Assembly: GCA_013239625.1 (NCBI GenBank)
Contig: MU054001.1
Coordinates: forward strand, 1,804,151 to 1,868,150
Length of the DNA stretch: 64,000 nucleotides
DNA from: Lama guanicoe
Lineage: Eukaryota
Reading direction: 5' to 3'
The notes under the pieces are model-generated. The model did no database searches. It worked only from the letters and a program-made list of their open reading frames with translations, and was not told where the DNA came from. Shown in pieces: positions 13,959-26,559 of this stretch. Each line of letters starts with the position of its first letter. The first letter of the stretch is position 1. A program made the translations under genes and the position numbers.

Positions 13959-15616
13959 TTAGATAGATGAACATAATGAAAATGAAGAAATTCTATCAAA
14001 TGTGACAGACACATATTTATCAGTTTTCCTGCAACATTACATTTACCATAAAATGAAGAAGCAATATTACTCCAACTAGTTTTTATGGTTTTATACTTTT
14101 CAGCGTTGGTGCTAAATAGGAAACACACAGTAATATAAAGTTACAAAATCTCTGCATTCCTGAATGTGTAGGTAACATACCTTTACAATGAATATACTTA
14201 CTGATCTCATATAACAAATAACTTTTTTTTTTTGGCAAGAAGCAGACTTTCATAAAACTCTATAAAAGTAGACTACAAACATTTCTATCTCAATCAAATA
14301 ATTCTCTCAAATGATACACCTGCTTGTAAACTATTATCTATTAAGGGCAAACTATAATGCTAATTCTTCATAGTCATTACTGCCAAGCAATTAACTTTCA
14401 ACTTCTTTCATCCTTCCTCATTTAACATAAAACTCAGAAATTGTTAAACATTAATAAAAATCAAATACATAAAAATTTAGGAACTAGAAGAGGAATACAC
14501 TAACATCTGCCACATCTCTCTGGTTCAAGATATTTTTTTCCACCTATAATTTACTGGAGTCTCAGCAGCAGCTGCACTGTTATCTCTAGTACTTGTAAAA
14601 CAGGGGTATGACTTCCAATAATGTTATTTTTGACATTAAGTAAATCTGAGGTTTTCCATGAAATTCAACCTAATTCAAATTTATCTTTATCTTATAAAGT
14701 TCTTCATGTAAAGACATCAAGAAAAGGAAAGAATGGCTATTTTTAGAAATATTATAATTTAATTCTCTTATTTATAAGATTGAGAATAATACACATTTTG
14801 GAATAAGATTAAAGGAAAGGAACAATAACAGTGGAAACAGAGATAAAATGAAAAATAAAAATAAACTACAAAATCTTTGATAGTATAAACTAGGATAGAC
14901 AGATCTTTACTTTTCAGTAAGATCAAAATACAGTGAACTTAAAATCTACAGCTGAATCTTCAGATTCTCTTATATTAATGTGTTAATATCTAATTGGGTC
15001 ACTAATGCTCTGATAAATATCCTATGATAAATATCCTATTTATCTAAATACTGATTAGACATTATTTAAGACTATCTTACTGTTACATACCAAAAACAAA
15101 ACAAAAAAAAACAAAAACCCAAAACAAAAGCCTACATTAAACAAATCAGAAAACATTAAAGCATGAGCAAGTCTTATACAGTGTACAATAAGAGTCAAAG
15201 TACAGCAAGTGCAGGTTCTAATTATAACAATGAAAAAGTCAGAAAAGGATCTTGAATCATTTTCTTTAATTTTAACAATGGTTATAAATCCACTTAAACT
15301 GTCACTACTACAAGGTTTACAATCAATTAAAATGTACACTAATAAACCCATTTGTATGTCAACAAATACCTGTCAATTTGCAAAGTTTTCTTTATCAGTC
15401 TCCTTACCCCTGCCTACTACTGCAACATATACAGGTTAGGAAAACATCTAACACATCATCCTAAAGAATCTTTACGCGTAGATTTAAATGGATTCTCATC
15501 GATCTTAAGAGGAAGATGCCAGAAAAGCTGGGTTACAGTATAGTGCTGCAAAAACCTTGATAACATATACTTAGCATAATTCATAGTATAATTCAATGGA
15601 TGTTTGAATGCCTTAC

Positions 15617-15827
15617 CTTTTATGTATAAGATAGTCCTCTAGGATATCAAGGCAGCGTACCATCTGAGAGAAGATGAGCACTTTGTGACCTCCTGCTTTC
15701 ATTTTGGGAAGCAATTTATCAATAAGAACCAATTTGCCAGCAGACTGGATCATTGCTTGAAGATGAAAATCAGAAGCAGCTGGATTATATGTATCTCTAA
15801 ATTCCCCAAGTATTTTCTCCTCAGCAC
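15617..15827 (-). CDS. CHD9: CHD9 exon ~16 (211 nt): (G)AEEKILGEF...[24 protein letters not shown](R), helicase lobe 2
   Basis: Acceptor tgatag|GT, donor AG|gtaagg; ORF 15613..15927. Confidence 0.95.
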
Positions 15828-16912
15828 CTATCAAAAAAAATACAAGAATAACTCCCAATTGTTTTCTTTTTAAAACAGTGCTTCTCTGTTTCTGAAACAC
15901 ATTAAAATTTTCTGATGGTAGGTACATTGCTGTTGTTCAAATTATTTATGATTGTGGCGAAATCCCCACCAACACCAGCCTGTCGTTTCACTGAAGATAT
16001 GGACAGTGTCTTAAGCAATTTTTATCTCCCACCAAACCTGGCATAATGTCTTATATAAATTTATCTTAACTAAATGTTTAACAAATGCTATTAGGAAAAG
16101 ACTTAATGAAAACGTGGTTCTAACCTAGATGAGTAAACATATATTTTTAAATGAACACTTAGTATTTAAACACCAACATAACAATGATCATCACTGAAAG
16201 GTGATGATAATTAACCTGGGTATGTTTATGAGCATCCTGCTGGCCATGAAAGCAAGAACGAAAAAAAAAAAAAAATGAGAAGGGAAGTCAAGTGTAACTT
16301 TGATTATAGTTCTTTCAGAGTCTAGGTCAGAATTAAAGGCTCTCTGCCTTCCCCTAGCCCGTATAGTGATTAAAGAGTACCAGGATTGCAAGTGAGTCAG
16401 TTACTGAGCTAAGAAATGATTTGTGTTGGATAAAATAAGAGTATATTCCCAGGAATAAATGAAAAGACCCAAATGTACAGAGAGACCACTAGCAGAAAAC
16501 CTGACAAGACATTAGAAAGTAATGCTATTAGAGCACAAAAACTGAAAGACACTAACCAGGGCACCTGCCCTGAAAAGAAACCAGGAAAAAAATGTAAATT
16601 CGGAGGCTCAAAGATGGGCTTTGCTGTCTTGTCCATAAGAAAGATTAAGTGGGAGGAGGAACTATAGGCCAAGTTAGACTGAACACAACAACTGCTTTTG
16701 TAACCTGGTAATGCTAGTCCGAGACACTGTAATGAACTAGTTCACACTGCCCCTGATTCTGAAACATCTGTAATCTCTCAGAGCACCAGAGAGATGAGTT
16801 ACAGGATCACTGCCTTTCCTTGTAATAGCCAGTACAGCTGCAGTGGTGCTGTTATTTTGTTCGCGAGTATTTGTTAAAAGAAAAGTATTTGTCTGCAATC
16901 CTGTTTAGCTAC

Positions 16913-17168
16913 CTTTGATAAGATATGGGTGATTACAGCACTTCCTGAGCTCCATCATGGTATTGACCAAGTTAGGGACATTAGTCTGCCCTGCTCCTTT
17001 AGATAAAAACGAAAAGTTCTTCTCCAAAATAGCCCGGTAGTATTTCTTTTGAATGTTAGTGAGTTCTACTTCAATGATGGTTTCTTCTTTAGGTGCCAAC
17101 TTCTTTTCCACGTCTTCTTTCAATCGTCTCAACATCATTGGTTTCAGGATGGCCTGAAGTTTTTGCAC
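16913..17168 (-). CDS. CHD9: CHD9 exon ~15 (256 nt): [22 protein letters not shown]...[11 protein letters not shown](G)
   Basis: Acceptor atgcag|GTG, donor G|gtagct; ORF 16905..17201. Confidence 0.96.
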
Positions 17169-17264
17169 CTGCATAAAAAATGATGAAAATGTATGTAGCA
17201 TACATACATATAATTACAATGATAAGAGATTTGATGTACTTATTTATAAAGACGAACAGGATAC

Positions 17265-17408
17265 CTGTTCCTCTGTTTTCAGATCCCCAAATTCTTGCAT
17301 AAATGTTGATTCAGAAGGAAACCTTAAGGGTTCTAGAAAGTGAAGAAGACTGAACAGTTCTTCAACTGTATTTTGGAGAGGTGTGCCAGTCAAAAGCACC
17401 TTGTGTTC
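17265..17408 (-). CDS. CHD9: CHD9 exon ~14 (144 nt): [27 protein letters not shown]...DLKTEEQ, motif III
   Basis: Acceptor atgtag|GAA, donor CAG|gtatcc. Confidence 0.95.
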
Positions 17409-18784
17409 CTACATAAAGCAAGAAAAACATGTCAGTAACATGTGCTACGGTATTCATGTCAAACAAACACCAAAGTACTAAAATTAGGTGAAAGCTGATG
17501 TAGGTTATCACTTGTTGCAGTATTTGAAAAGCAAGTATTTTTCTGACCAAAATTTTCAAGAGTCAACTCAAAATACATCTCTACCCATATATCTTCATTA
17601 ATTTACTTTCTTGATCTCTTTTTTAAAAAACTCTGTATCATTCTCTTAATACTTTGTCTGCTATTAATTTTTACCTATTGATGGTTTTAAAGGGAAAGTT
17701 CTAAATAATTAAGAAGCATATTTTAGGTTTTCTCAAAGAAACACTTTCTAAAGAACAAGGAGGTTATTATTATTGTTTTTTTGATACTCAACCATTCTTG
17801 GTACGGTAATTTATGTACAAAATAGTACTCATTCTTTGTAATTTGGCTGATCATCATCTAACTTTTCACACACATTCTTAAATCATTAATGCTATAATCC
17901 AACAATGTTAAGGGCTGATTGGAATATGCATCTAAACTAAACCTGCATTAAAATTAAACATAATAGTAACAGAAAAAAATAAAAATATTTTTAATGATAA
18001 AAGTACAAAGTATCATTTAAAATTTGATTTGACAATACCTCTAAATTCCTAAGCTAGATATTTAGCTATATATCTGTATGTCTGCACATGTATGAATATA
18101 TTAGTAAATGGTCTACACAGATCAATACCAATTTGTAAATACTGGAGCAAGGAGTGGAAGAGTAGGGGTAAGCATGGATGAAGAGTAAAAAGGAGCACTT
18201 AAAGTGTTTTACTGTATGTAGTTCTATATTTTTGAGTCATTTGTTCAAGTGCTCATGGACTAATTATGTGATGTTAATTAAATCAAAATGTTAAAAAAAT
18301 TTTGATTTGAAAACACACAATAAAATGATTTTCAAAAATTTTATTTATTAATTTTAACAGATATATGCTAAGTATGTAGAATTGTGTAGAAACTTTATCC
18401 CTCTATCACAAAAGATCTGAATAATATTATAACTTTGGTGAAAGAGATTTTTATTGAGGAATTTATGGCTTAAGACTTATGGTTTTATCTTCTTTTCAAC
18501 ACTCTATAGAGGTTTCTTTCTCTCTCTTTTAATTCTAAAAGCCAATTACCAAAGCTTTTTGGAGGAAAGAACTAAAAACTTTAAGTTTTAGAAAATAGAT
18601 GAGATTTTTCCCCCTTGCTAATTAATTAAAGCAAAATAATCTTAATTATTACAGAGAAATGAGATATATCTATACTTTAAGATAAAAAAAGGAATACCTT
18701 TTCAGCCTTAGCTCTCTGACCTGACTTTTTACCATGTAGCTAAGAAATGGAATTAAGTCATAAAAATGATGCTAAGTTACTTAC

Positions 18785-18961
18785 CAGATTCATGAGTTTC
18801 AGTCCTTCTAGAAGTTTGCAATTTTTATTTTTTAACCTATGTGCTTCATCAATAATCACACATCGCCATTCAATTGCATTAAGCTCTCCACAGCCTCCAA
18901 GAATCATTTCAAAAGTAGTGATGATGGCTTGGAATCTGTAAGCTCCTCGAATGATACGCCC
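18785..18961 (-). CDS. CHD9: CHD9 exon ~13 (177 nt): [10 protein letters not shown]...[14 protein letters not shown]...LKLMNL, DEAH box
   Basis: Acceptor ttctag|GGG, donor CTG|gtaagt. Confidence 0.95.
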
Positions 18962-19399
18962 CTAGAAATTTATTATCAAACACAATAATTTGCTAGAATG
19001 TCTTGATCACAATTTTTAATTCTTGTCAAATAGCATAAAAATCATTTAATGAGATCTGCTATAAAATATTTTCCAGTGAAAATTTTATATATGCACAGAC
19101 ACTCTCTTAAAATGTTTGAAGCATTTTAGCTTTAAAACTGTATTGGATTTCTGTGTTTTCAAGAATGTTGTTAAAAATTATGTCAGCACAATTATACAAT
19201 TTATAATTATATCCAAATAGTATTCCTTGATAAAACATTTCACAATTTTTAGGAGTTATAATAACAATGTTGGGTCTAAAAAGAAATGGCCATTACAAAA
19301 TCTAGCCAATGAAATTTCAGTACTAATGTTTATTACTTACATCCATGAGTCCACTTATATAATTGCAAATAAGTAGTTAAAACCAAAATTAGCCACTCA

Positions 19400-20610
19400 T
19401 GTCATTTATTCAGTGAGTATTTATTGTCTACGGGCTACACTCTGTTCTAGTCACTGGAGATAAAGTAGTAAATAAGACAGACAAAAAAAAATTATCCAAG
19501 TGAAACTTACATTCCAATGACTCAAACATAGGACACAGCCATTAAGGGGGGAAAAAAACCCCAAATTAAAAACCCCAAGTTAAAAAGTAATAAAGGCCAT
19601 GTACTGAATTAAAACAGGGATGTGGAAGTATGGGGTTGGAAGTAACCATTCCAATTTTATTTAGAGTGGCTGGGAGGCCATTACTAAGAAGTAACATTGA
19701 GCAAAGTCCTGAAGATGAGGGAGGAAGCCATGTTAACATCTAGAGATCTGGATGAGAAAGCATTCTTGGCAGTAGTAGTATATGTGAAGGCTGTAATTTG
19801 GGATTATCTTTGGCAATATTCATACAATAGCAAGAAAGCCAGAATGGTTGAAATCCAGTGAGAGTGGAGGGGATGAGGCTATACAGGGCCTTGAAAGCTG
19901 CGGTAAGGACTCTGGATCTCACTATGGGGCAACAAGCTATTGGAGGGTTTTGAGGCAAAAAGTGTCATGACTTGATACACATTTTTAAAGAGTTCTTTTG
20001 TCTATTGTGGCAAAAATAGTCTGAAAAAGGCCAAGGACAGGATCACAGAAACCAGTTAAGAGGCTATCATAGTAATCCAGGCAAGAGATCATCAATGGAG
20101 GTCATGAGAAGGGCTCAGTTCTGGATTTAATTTGAAGGTAGACCCAAGAGGATATGCTAAATACATAGGAGTGGAGTGAGATAAAGAAAGAATTCAAGTT
20201 TGACTGAACTTTTTGGCTGGAACAACTAGAAGCTGGTGTTGCTATTTACTACAATGAGTAAACGCAGGATTTGGGTTTTGGATATGTTATGTTTGAGATG
20301 TTTATTAGATATTCAAGTGGAGTAATTGACTAGGCATTTGTATATGACCCGGGAATTTAGGAAAGAGTTTAGAGTTGGAGATGAAAATTTTGGAGTTTCT
20401 AGCAGTATAGGTGGTACTTAAGTTATGTGACTGAATGAAATCTCTGATGGAATGAGTATGCATATGAAAGTCTAAAGACTGAGCCCTAGGTCACCCCAAG
20501 TTTAAATATGGGAAGATAAGAAAGAATCAGTGAAGGGGGGCTCAGAAGGAATAGGTACTGATACAGGACAGTATAAAGTCCTCGAATCCAAGTGAAGAGA
20601 ATGTTTAAAC
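19400..20610 (-). mobile_element. L2 LINE fragment
   Basis: catttattcagtgagtatttattg (reverse L2 tail), gtaatccaggcaagagat, gtttgagatgtttattagatattcaagtggag. Confidence 0.75.
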
Positions 20611-20865
20611 GGGATTGAAGACTATAAACTATTAGGGATTAGGAGAAATTAAGGGTTAAGAAAGATCATGTGATCTGATTTAGGATTTTAATTTCTATTA
20701 ACTTAATCACATTAATTTGAGAACAATTCATAACAATTACATACATTGGCCACCAAGCCAAACAATAGCTCCAGTCGAGTATTATTAAAATAAGTATAAA
20801 GTACAAGTCTATGGTATTTATACAGCTCTAAAAACCTGCGATACAATGCATTTGGTTAAGGTGAC

Positions 20866-21125
20866 ATCATAGTATTGAAGAACAAGGGCTCTTGAATCTA
20901 ATTGCCTTGAGTTTATTAATCCCAGTTTTGCTCTGTGATTTTGGGGGAAACCATGTAACTTCTTTTTACCTCAGTTTCCTCAGTTATAAATGAGGATAAT
21001 ATTTTTACCTATTTACAATCTTGATATTACAAAGATTAAATGAAATACTACATGTAAACCATTTAGCATACTGCCTGGCACATGGTAAATACTCAATATA
21101 TGTTTACAGATATTAGTGTTATTAT
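20866..21125 (+). mobile_element. MIR SINE
   Basis: Core cctcagtttcctc...aaatgaggataat; tgcctggcacatggtaaatactcaata. Confidence 0.8.
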
Positions 21126-22846
21126 CTGCTACTTTTTCCAAGGCAATTCAGAAAATCACAGTATAATTTTACTATTATTGGAATTTCAAGCTATTTAATA
21201 AATGGAAAAGCAGAAGTTAAATATTTAATTAATTTATATTAAAATATATCTGAAAGAGTTAACTCTGAAAGTCATTTCCATATTTAAAGCACAGATCTAT
21301 TTATCTCATCATATGAGATATCTTTATCTTTTCAAATTTTAAACCCATCACATAACATTCTTCTAGAATGTATAACATTTACCATAAAAATGTGATGTAT
21401 TAATATATACTATTCAGTTTACAACACATCAGGAAAGTTTCAACTTTCTGGCTATCACATTTATACCAAAGTAAAATAAAACATACATTAAAAATCTCTT
21501 AAACTTCCAATATTTTAATGGTACTTCTGAATAATAAGATTGGACTTCATAGTTTTAATGATACCATATAGCTCTAAAATTCTACAAATGTACAATTAAG
21601 AATAATAAAACACTGTGGAAGGAAATCAAACTATAACCAAAATAAAGTATTGTAAGCACCAAAGATGCAAAGGTGATAATTTTCAATAGAACTGAAGAAT
21701 AATAAAAGGATTACACAGATGCTTAATATCATAGAACTGTAATTGTTTCAACCATAGAATTAGAAGGGAAATGAAGAAGAAATAAAATCACTCAATTTTA
21801 TTCATTTACAGCCTTAAATAGATAGAAAATCAGTTATAATCAGGAGGCGAAAGTAGAAGTCTACGCACTTTATCTTACTTTAACCTTTATCACATCCCAT
21901 GACCTTGGCCATATGTTATAATGCTCCTTACAAAACAGAAGAGTAAATGAAAGAAAATAAAATGTTAAGGAGCTATACTGAGGAAGTGTGCCATAACCTT
22001 TTCCAATGAAAAAGTTCAATTTTGTGTGAACTGTGTTTTAATTAATTTAGTTTCTTATTTCTTGATAAAAGTTTTACCTAAGAAGAGTCATACTGCCACT
22101 CATAACTGCAATGTGGCACTTCATGTTTCTAGTCTTTACTTTCTGCTAGGGAATTCTTTCTCATAATGTTGTATCAATTTTATGATGTGTGTTTTTAGCA
22201 GAAAAATAGTTAATTCTTTCCTAAAGAGTGAGTGGCCAAAGTAAAATAGGAAATGTGCCTCTAAGAAATAGAAGAAAACCATCAAAATACCAAAGTAATT
22301 AAATAACCACTCCAAAGGGGAGAAAGATACAGAGGTATGCCTGTATCAATACGCAAAGTAAACAAGCCAAATTAAAAAAAAAAAATTCTAATATTAAAAT
22401 CCATTGAACACACAAGAGAACCTATGGTTTCATCTCAATGGGGATTCAAACCCACGGTGTTCATTTAAGATGTAAATTTTAAAAATGGAGGGGAAAAAAC
22501 TAGAGGATGGTAAGAGACAGTTATTATTTTAAAAATAAATTTTATGTGTATTTGAAAACAATTAGTACAACAATCATTCTAGCTGAAAAACAAAGAATAA
22601 AATTAAATTTGTACATTTGTAATAAGTCAGCATACTTCCTTACAGTGAACCAGAGCATGAACTTGGCTACTTTTGTCATTTTTCTCTTTGGCTACCAAAA
22701 TTTATTATAGAATAAACACGATAAATAAAATCAAACTAAGATCTTAGCAGGCAATTAAAGTAATACATTCGAAAGTAATTAATATGTAATGCTTATCGTT
22801 TTCAACCTGACCTTTCAAACAACAAACAAAATCACCAATAACACAC

Positions 22847-23090
22847 CTGTGAGTCCCTGAAGTACATCTCATATTGCTGTATCATCTGTCTGCTAATCAG
22901 GCTCCCATGATAAACCACAACATTAATATCAGTCCACGTACGAAATTCTCTCTCCCAGTTTGCAATAGTAGAAAGTGGAGCAATAATCAGGAAAGGTCCT
23001 CTTATACCAGTCAGAAGGATTTCGTAGAGGAATGTAATTGATTGAATGGTTTTGCCAAGACCCATTTCATCTGCTAAAATGCAGTTTCGT
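22847..23090 (-). CDS. CHD9: CHD9 exon ~12 (244 nt): [14 protein letters not shown]...MYFRDSQ, Walker A and motif Ia
   Basis: Acceptor tttcag|A, donor CAG|gtgtgt; ORF 22832..23116. Confidence 0.96.
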
Positions 23091-23379
23091 CTGAAATAAA
23101 CAAACATATTATCCATGTATATTTGGGTTTTTCTGTATACTACGATGTTTTAAAAGATAAATATACAAAAGTAATCAGAGATCAAGTTAAAATACTTGCA
23201 TTTACAAAAATATAAAAGTTGCAGATTTGGCTAAAGATTGTAATTTTATTATAATCCTGCAAAGGGGAAACTATAATAGGTCTTTGTAGCTCCAAAATAG
23301 AAGTACCACATGTTAAATATTTGGTTTTCTTAAAAGAATGAAATGGCAAGAGAAAGGCAAACTAAATATATGACTTATT

Positions 23380-25430
23380 GAGGAAGCATTCTATATCTCA
23401 GGAACAGTATGAGGAAATGGGGTACAAAAGAAATAGAACATGTTCTCTGCCTTCCTGGGACTATTAGAAAAGCAGACATGTGAATAAATAAATAAATAAA
23501 TAAATAGTCATGCAATGTGCTATTACAGAAGCACAAATAGAGAATTGGTTTTCTTGTAATAGCCTATAATGAAAAAAGAATATGAAGAGGAATATGTATA
23601 TGTACAACTGAATCACTACGCTGTACGTCAGAAATTAACACAACATTGTAAATCGACTGTACTCCAATTAAAAAAAAACTGGTTTTCAACTTTGGCTGTG
23701 TATTAGAACAGCCTAGGAAATTTGAAAGAAACAGATACCCAGGGCCTTCCTCTACACATTCTGATTCAATGTGTACGGAGTAGGATAAAAGCAACTGTAA
23801 TTTTTAAAATAAGTTCCACAAATGATTATGAAAAAGGCCAGTTAAGAATCATCAGTATTAAGTTTATAATGGAAGCTTAGAAGAGCAAGCATCTAACTCT
23901 GGCTAGAATAAACGAGAGAAGACTGCCTTCAGAGAGGAGGTCAGTAATGAGCAGGATTTTGCCAGAGGGCAGAGCAGTATTAAGAACATGATCAACTGGG
24001 AGGACACAAGGTGTTTAATATTGTTTAAATATGTTAGCGAGATAGGCAGGGGTCATAAATAAAAGTTAGACATCCTTCTATTACACAGTGGGAGTCACTG
24101 AAAATTTTTAAAGAAAACTGATGAGGTTAGGTTTGTACTTGAAGTTTACTCTGGTGCTACTGTGAATATTAGAAGATGAGGTGACTTGAAGTTGGGACAG
24201 CAACTGGCAAAGTATCACAATAATGCAGGAAAGAATCAGATGTTTGGACTAAGGTAGGAGGGATCAAGAGAAGAAAACTGCTTCTAAAATTACTTGTAAG
24301 TTAGAGGGATTTGGACCTAGTCACCAACCAGATATTATGGAGTGAAGGATGATAGATTTCAGTCTGGGTGACTAAGCTGTGTTATTCTTAACCAAGATGC
24401 AAAATATGGATGAAGAATAAGTCTAGTATGGAGGAAACAGGAAATGATAAGGTTAATTTGGAATCTGTTGTGTTTAAAAAATCATTGAGATAGACATTAA
24501 GGTAGCAAGAAGCAGAAATAAAAAAGGGTTTGGACTTGAAGGCTTTAGAGATGTTACTGGTAAGTGAAGACATGGGAGGGTGTAGAGTTTGATTTTGGGA
24601 GAACAAACATAATATGAGAAGAGAGCGAAAAACAGAACTATGGGAAAGAAAAAACAACATGGAAAGGGTAGACAGATGAAGAAGAACCAGCAAAGACTGG
24701 TGAAAGGACAGTTACAGAGGCATACTGGAAAGCTAGAAGAGTCACACTGTGGAAGCTGCTGGAAGTGAGAATGGGGGAAAATTTTAAGGATGAAGGGAGT
24801 AGCAACTACTATCCAATGCAGCAGAGACAGCAAAGGAGGGCTGAAAAATAACTTGTGGATTGGAAAACTAAGCTTCAGAGATGATACGGAATCAACATTC
24901 AAACAACAGGTTTAAAGAGAATTGGTGATGAGAAAATGGGACGAGTTCATGCAGGCTACTTTTCCTAGGTATTTGCCTAGGAAGTTACAAAGAGGGATCA
25001 GGGTAGCTAGAAGGAAAAACAGAGCCAAGACAAGGTTTATCCTTTTCTTTTTTTTTATATTATAAATAGGTTAAACCCAAATTTGTCCACAGACTGAAGG
25101 CATCATATCAGATAGCTTGACAGTATAACAGAGAAGGATGATAACTGATCGAAGTGAGGTTCTAAGAAGACTGGATGAGATATGCTTGTAAAGAGTTGAG
25201 GTGGTAGCATTAGTCTTGGTCCTGGGGAGGGACCTTTGAACTTCTGATATGAGGACAGAGGATGGAGATACATTTGTAGGGTCAGGTGTGAGGGCAGGCA
25301 AAAATCTGAATGAATTCACCTACTGGCCCTAGGCTTCTCTATGAAGCAGTCATACATATAGAGAGAAGAGGGTAGGGTTGAGATAAAGGACTTGAGGAAA
25401 GTGGTGTAAGTTTAAAACAAACAATGGGAA
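23380..25430 (-). mobile_element. Degenerate L2 interrupted by a young L1 3' end (+, ~23550-23678) and a MER5-like element (~23679-23856)
   Basis: Purine-rich reverse-L2 motifs; L1 tail aacacaacattgtaaatcgactgtactccaattaaaa; boundaries approximate. Confidence 0.55.
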
Positions 25431-26302
25431 AGGGTACTGGTAAGATAGATAATTAACATGAAATTTTGTTAACTATTTCACCAAGGAAGATTTTCTTGGG
25501 AAAAATAGTTACATTTAGAAAATATAAACCAGGGGAAAGAGCACTGCATGTGACAACAGGTTCCCCTAACTCCATCTGAGTCTCATGACTCACCATTACT
25601 AAGTGTAACAACTCAGAAGTATCATGTGAGAAGTAGAAACACAGAAAAATGATTTTGAATAAGTGTCATAAAATTTTGCTATTACTACTAGTAATAGTGC
25701 CTTCATTTACTCTTTTGTATATACTATCAGAATTCCTTCTCAATCACAATAACAATTTTTACTTCTTTTGCAATTAATTTTCCATCACACTAAAAAAAAA
25801 AATCCATGAGATAATATTCCAAAAAGCATTCTGAACAACTTAGAAAATAATAAAAGGGAATTAGCTCACTACTAGGGTCTTACATTTCGTATTCTATTCT
25901 TTATCAGTTATTGACAATATGCTTCCTTGAAGCCTTATATTACAGACCCATCTAATTCTTATAGATGTAATGGCTCACATCTTACTAATTAGATTCAATT
26001 ATCAGCATTCAGCAGTATAAGCTGAAAAACATTCTATAACATAGCTGATGTTTTATGATGTTAAGAAAGGTATTTCAAATTTAATTACTAATCAACACAT
26101 TAACTTCCTTCTATTCTGACTGGTACACATTTAAAGGAAGTAACTATAGTCAAAGTCGTAAATTATCATTTGCATATCTTCCTGAGGTAACTACATTTTC
26201 AATAATGAAGACTCCATGACAGTAACAATGTAGGAATATCTGTGTTTTGGAACATATATTAAAAAACACGCTAAACTTTTTTTGTTAATATATACTACAT
26301 AC

Positions 26303-26424
26303 CTATTGTACCAATTGAACAAGAGCCAGTTGAGTCCTTCCAGTTGATATTCCCTGAGTTGATTGCCATTTTTATAATCCCTGGATTGATCAATTTTTTT
26401 CCAGATATTAGAAGGAGGACGATC
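26303..26424 (-). CDS. CHD9: CHD9 exon ~11 (122 nt): [40 protein letters not shown](R), Q motif
   Basis: Acceptor ccacaaag|GAT, donor AG|gtatgt; LREYQLEG motif. Confidence 0.94.
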
Positions 26425-26559
26425 CTTTGTGGAAAAACAAAGAATGAATAATGTATTTCGTTTTTTGATTGTCCATAAATCTCATACTTGGTAAAAGCAC
26501 TGTTTTTAAAATAGTCACAAAAGAGTAGTATTATATGGCATTATGATGATGAAATTTTA

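Noticed and set aside
15011..15039. 14-bp tandem duplication (also a 19-bp one at 56766-56808)
   Set aside because: Deep intronic slippage duplications away from splice signals
24388..24902. Longest non-exonic ORFs (101 and 142 aa)
   Set aside because: Low-complexity F/L/S translations of pyrimidine-rich decayed L2 sequence
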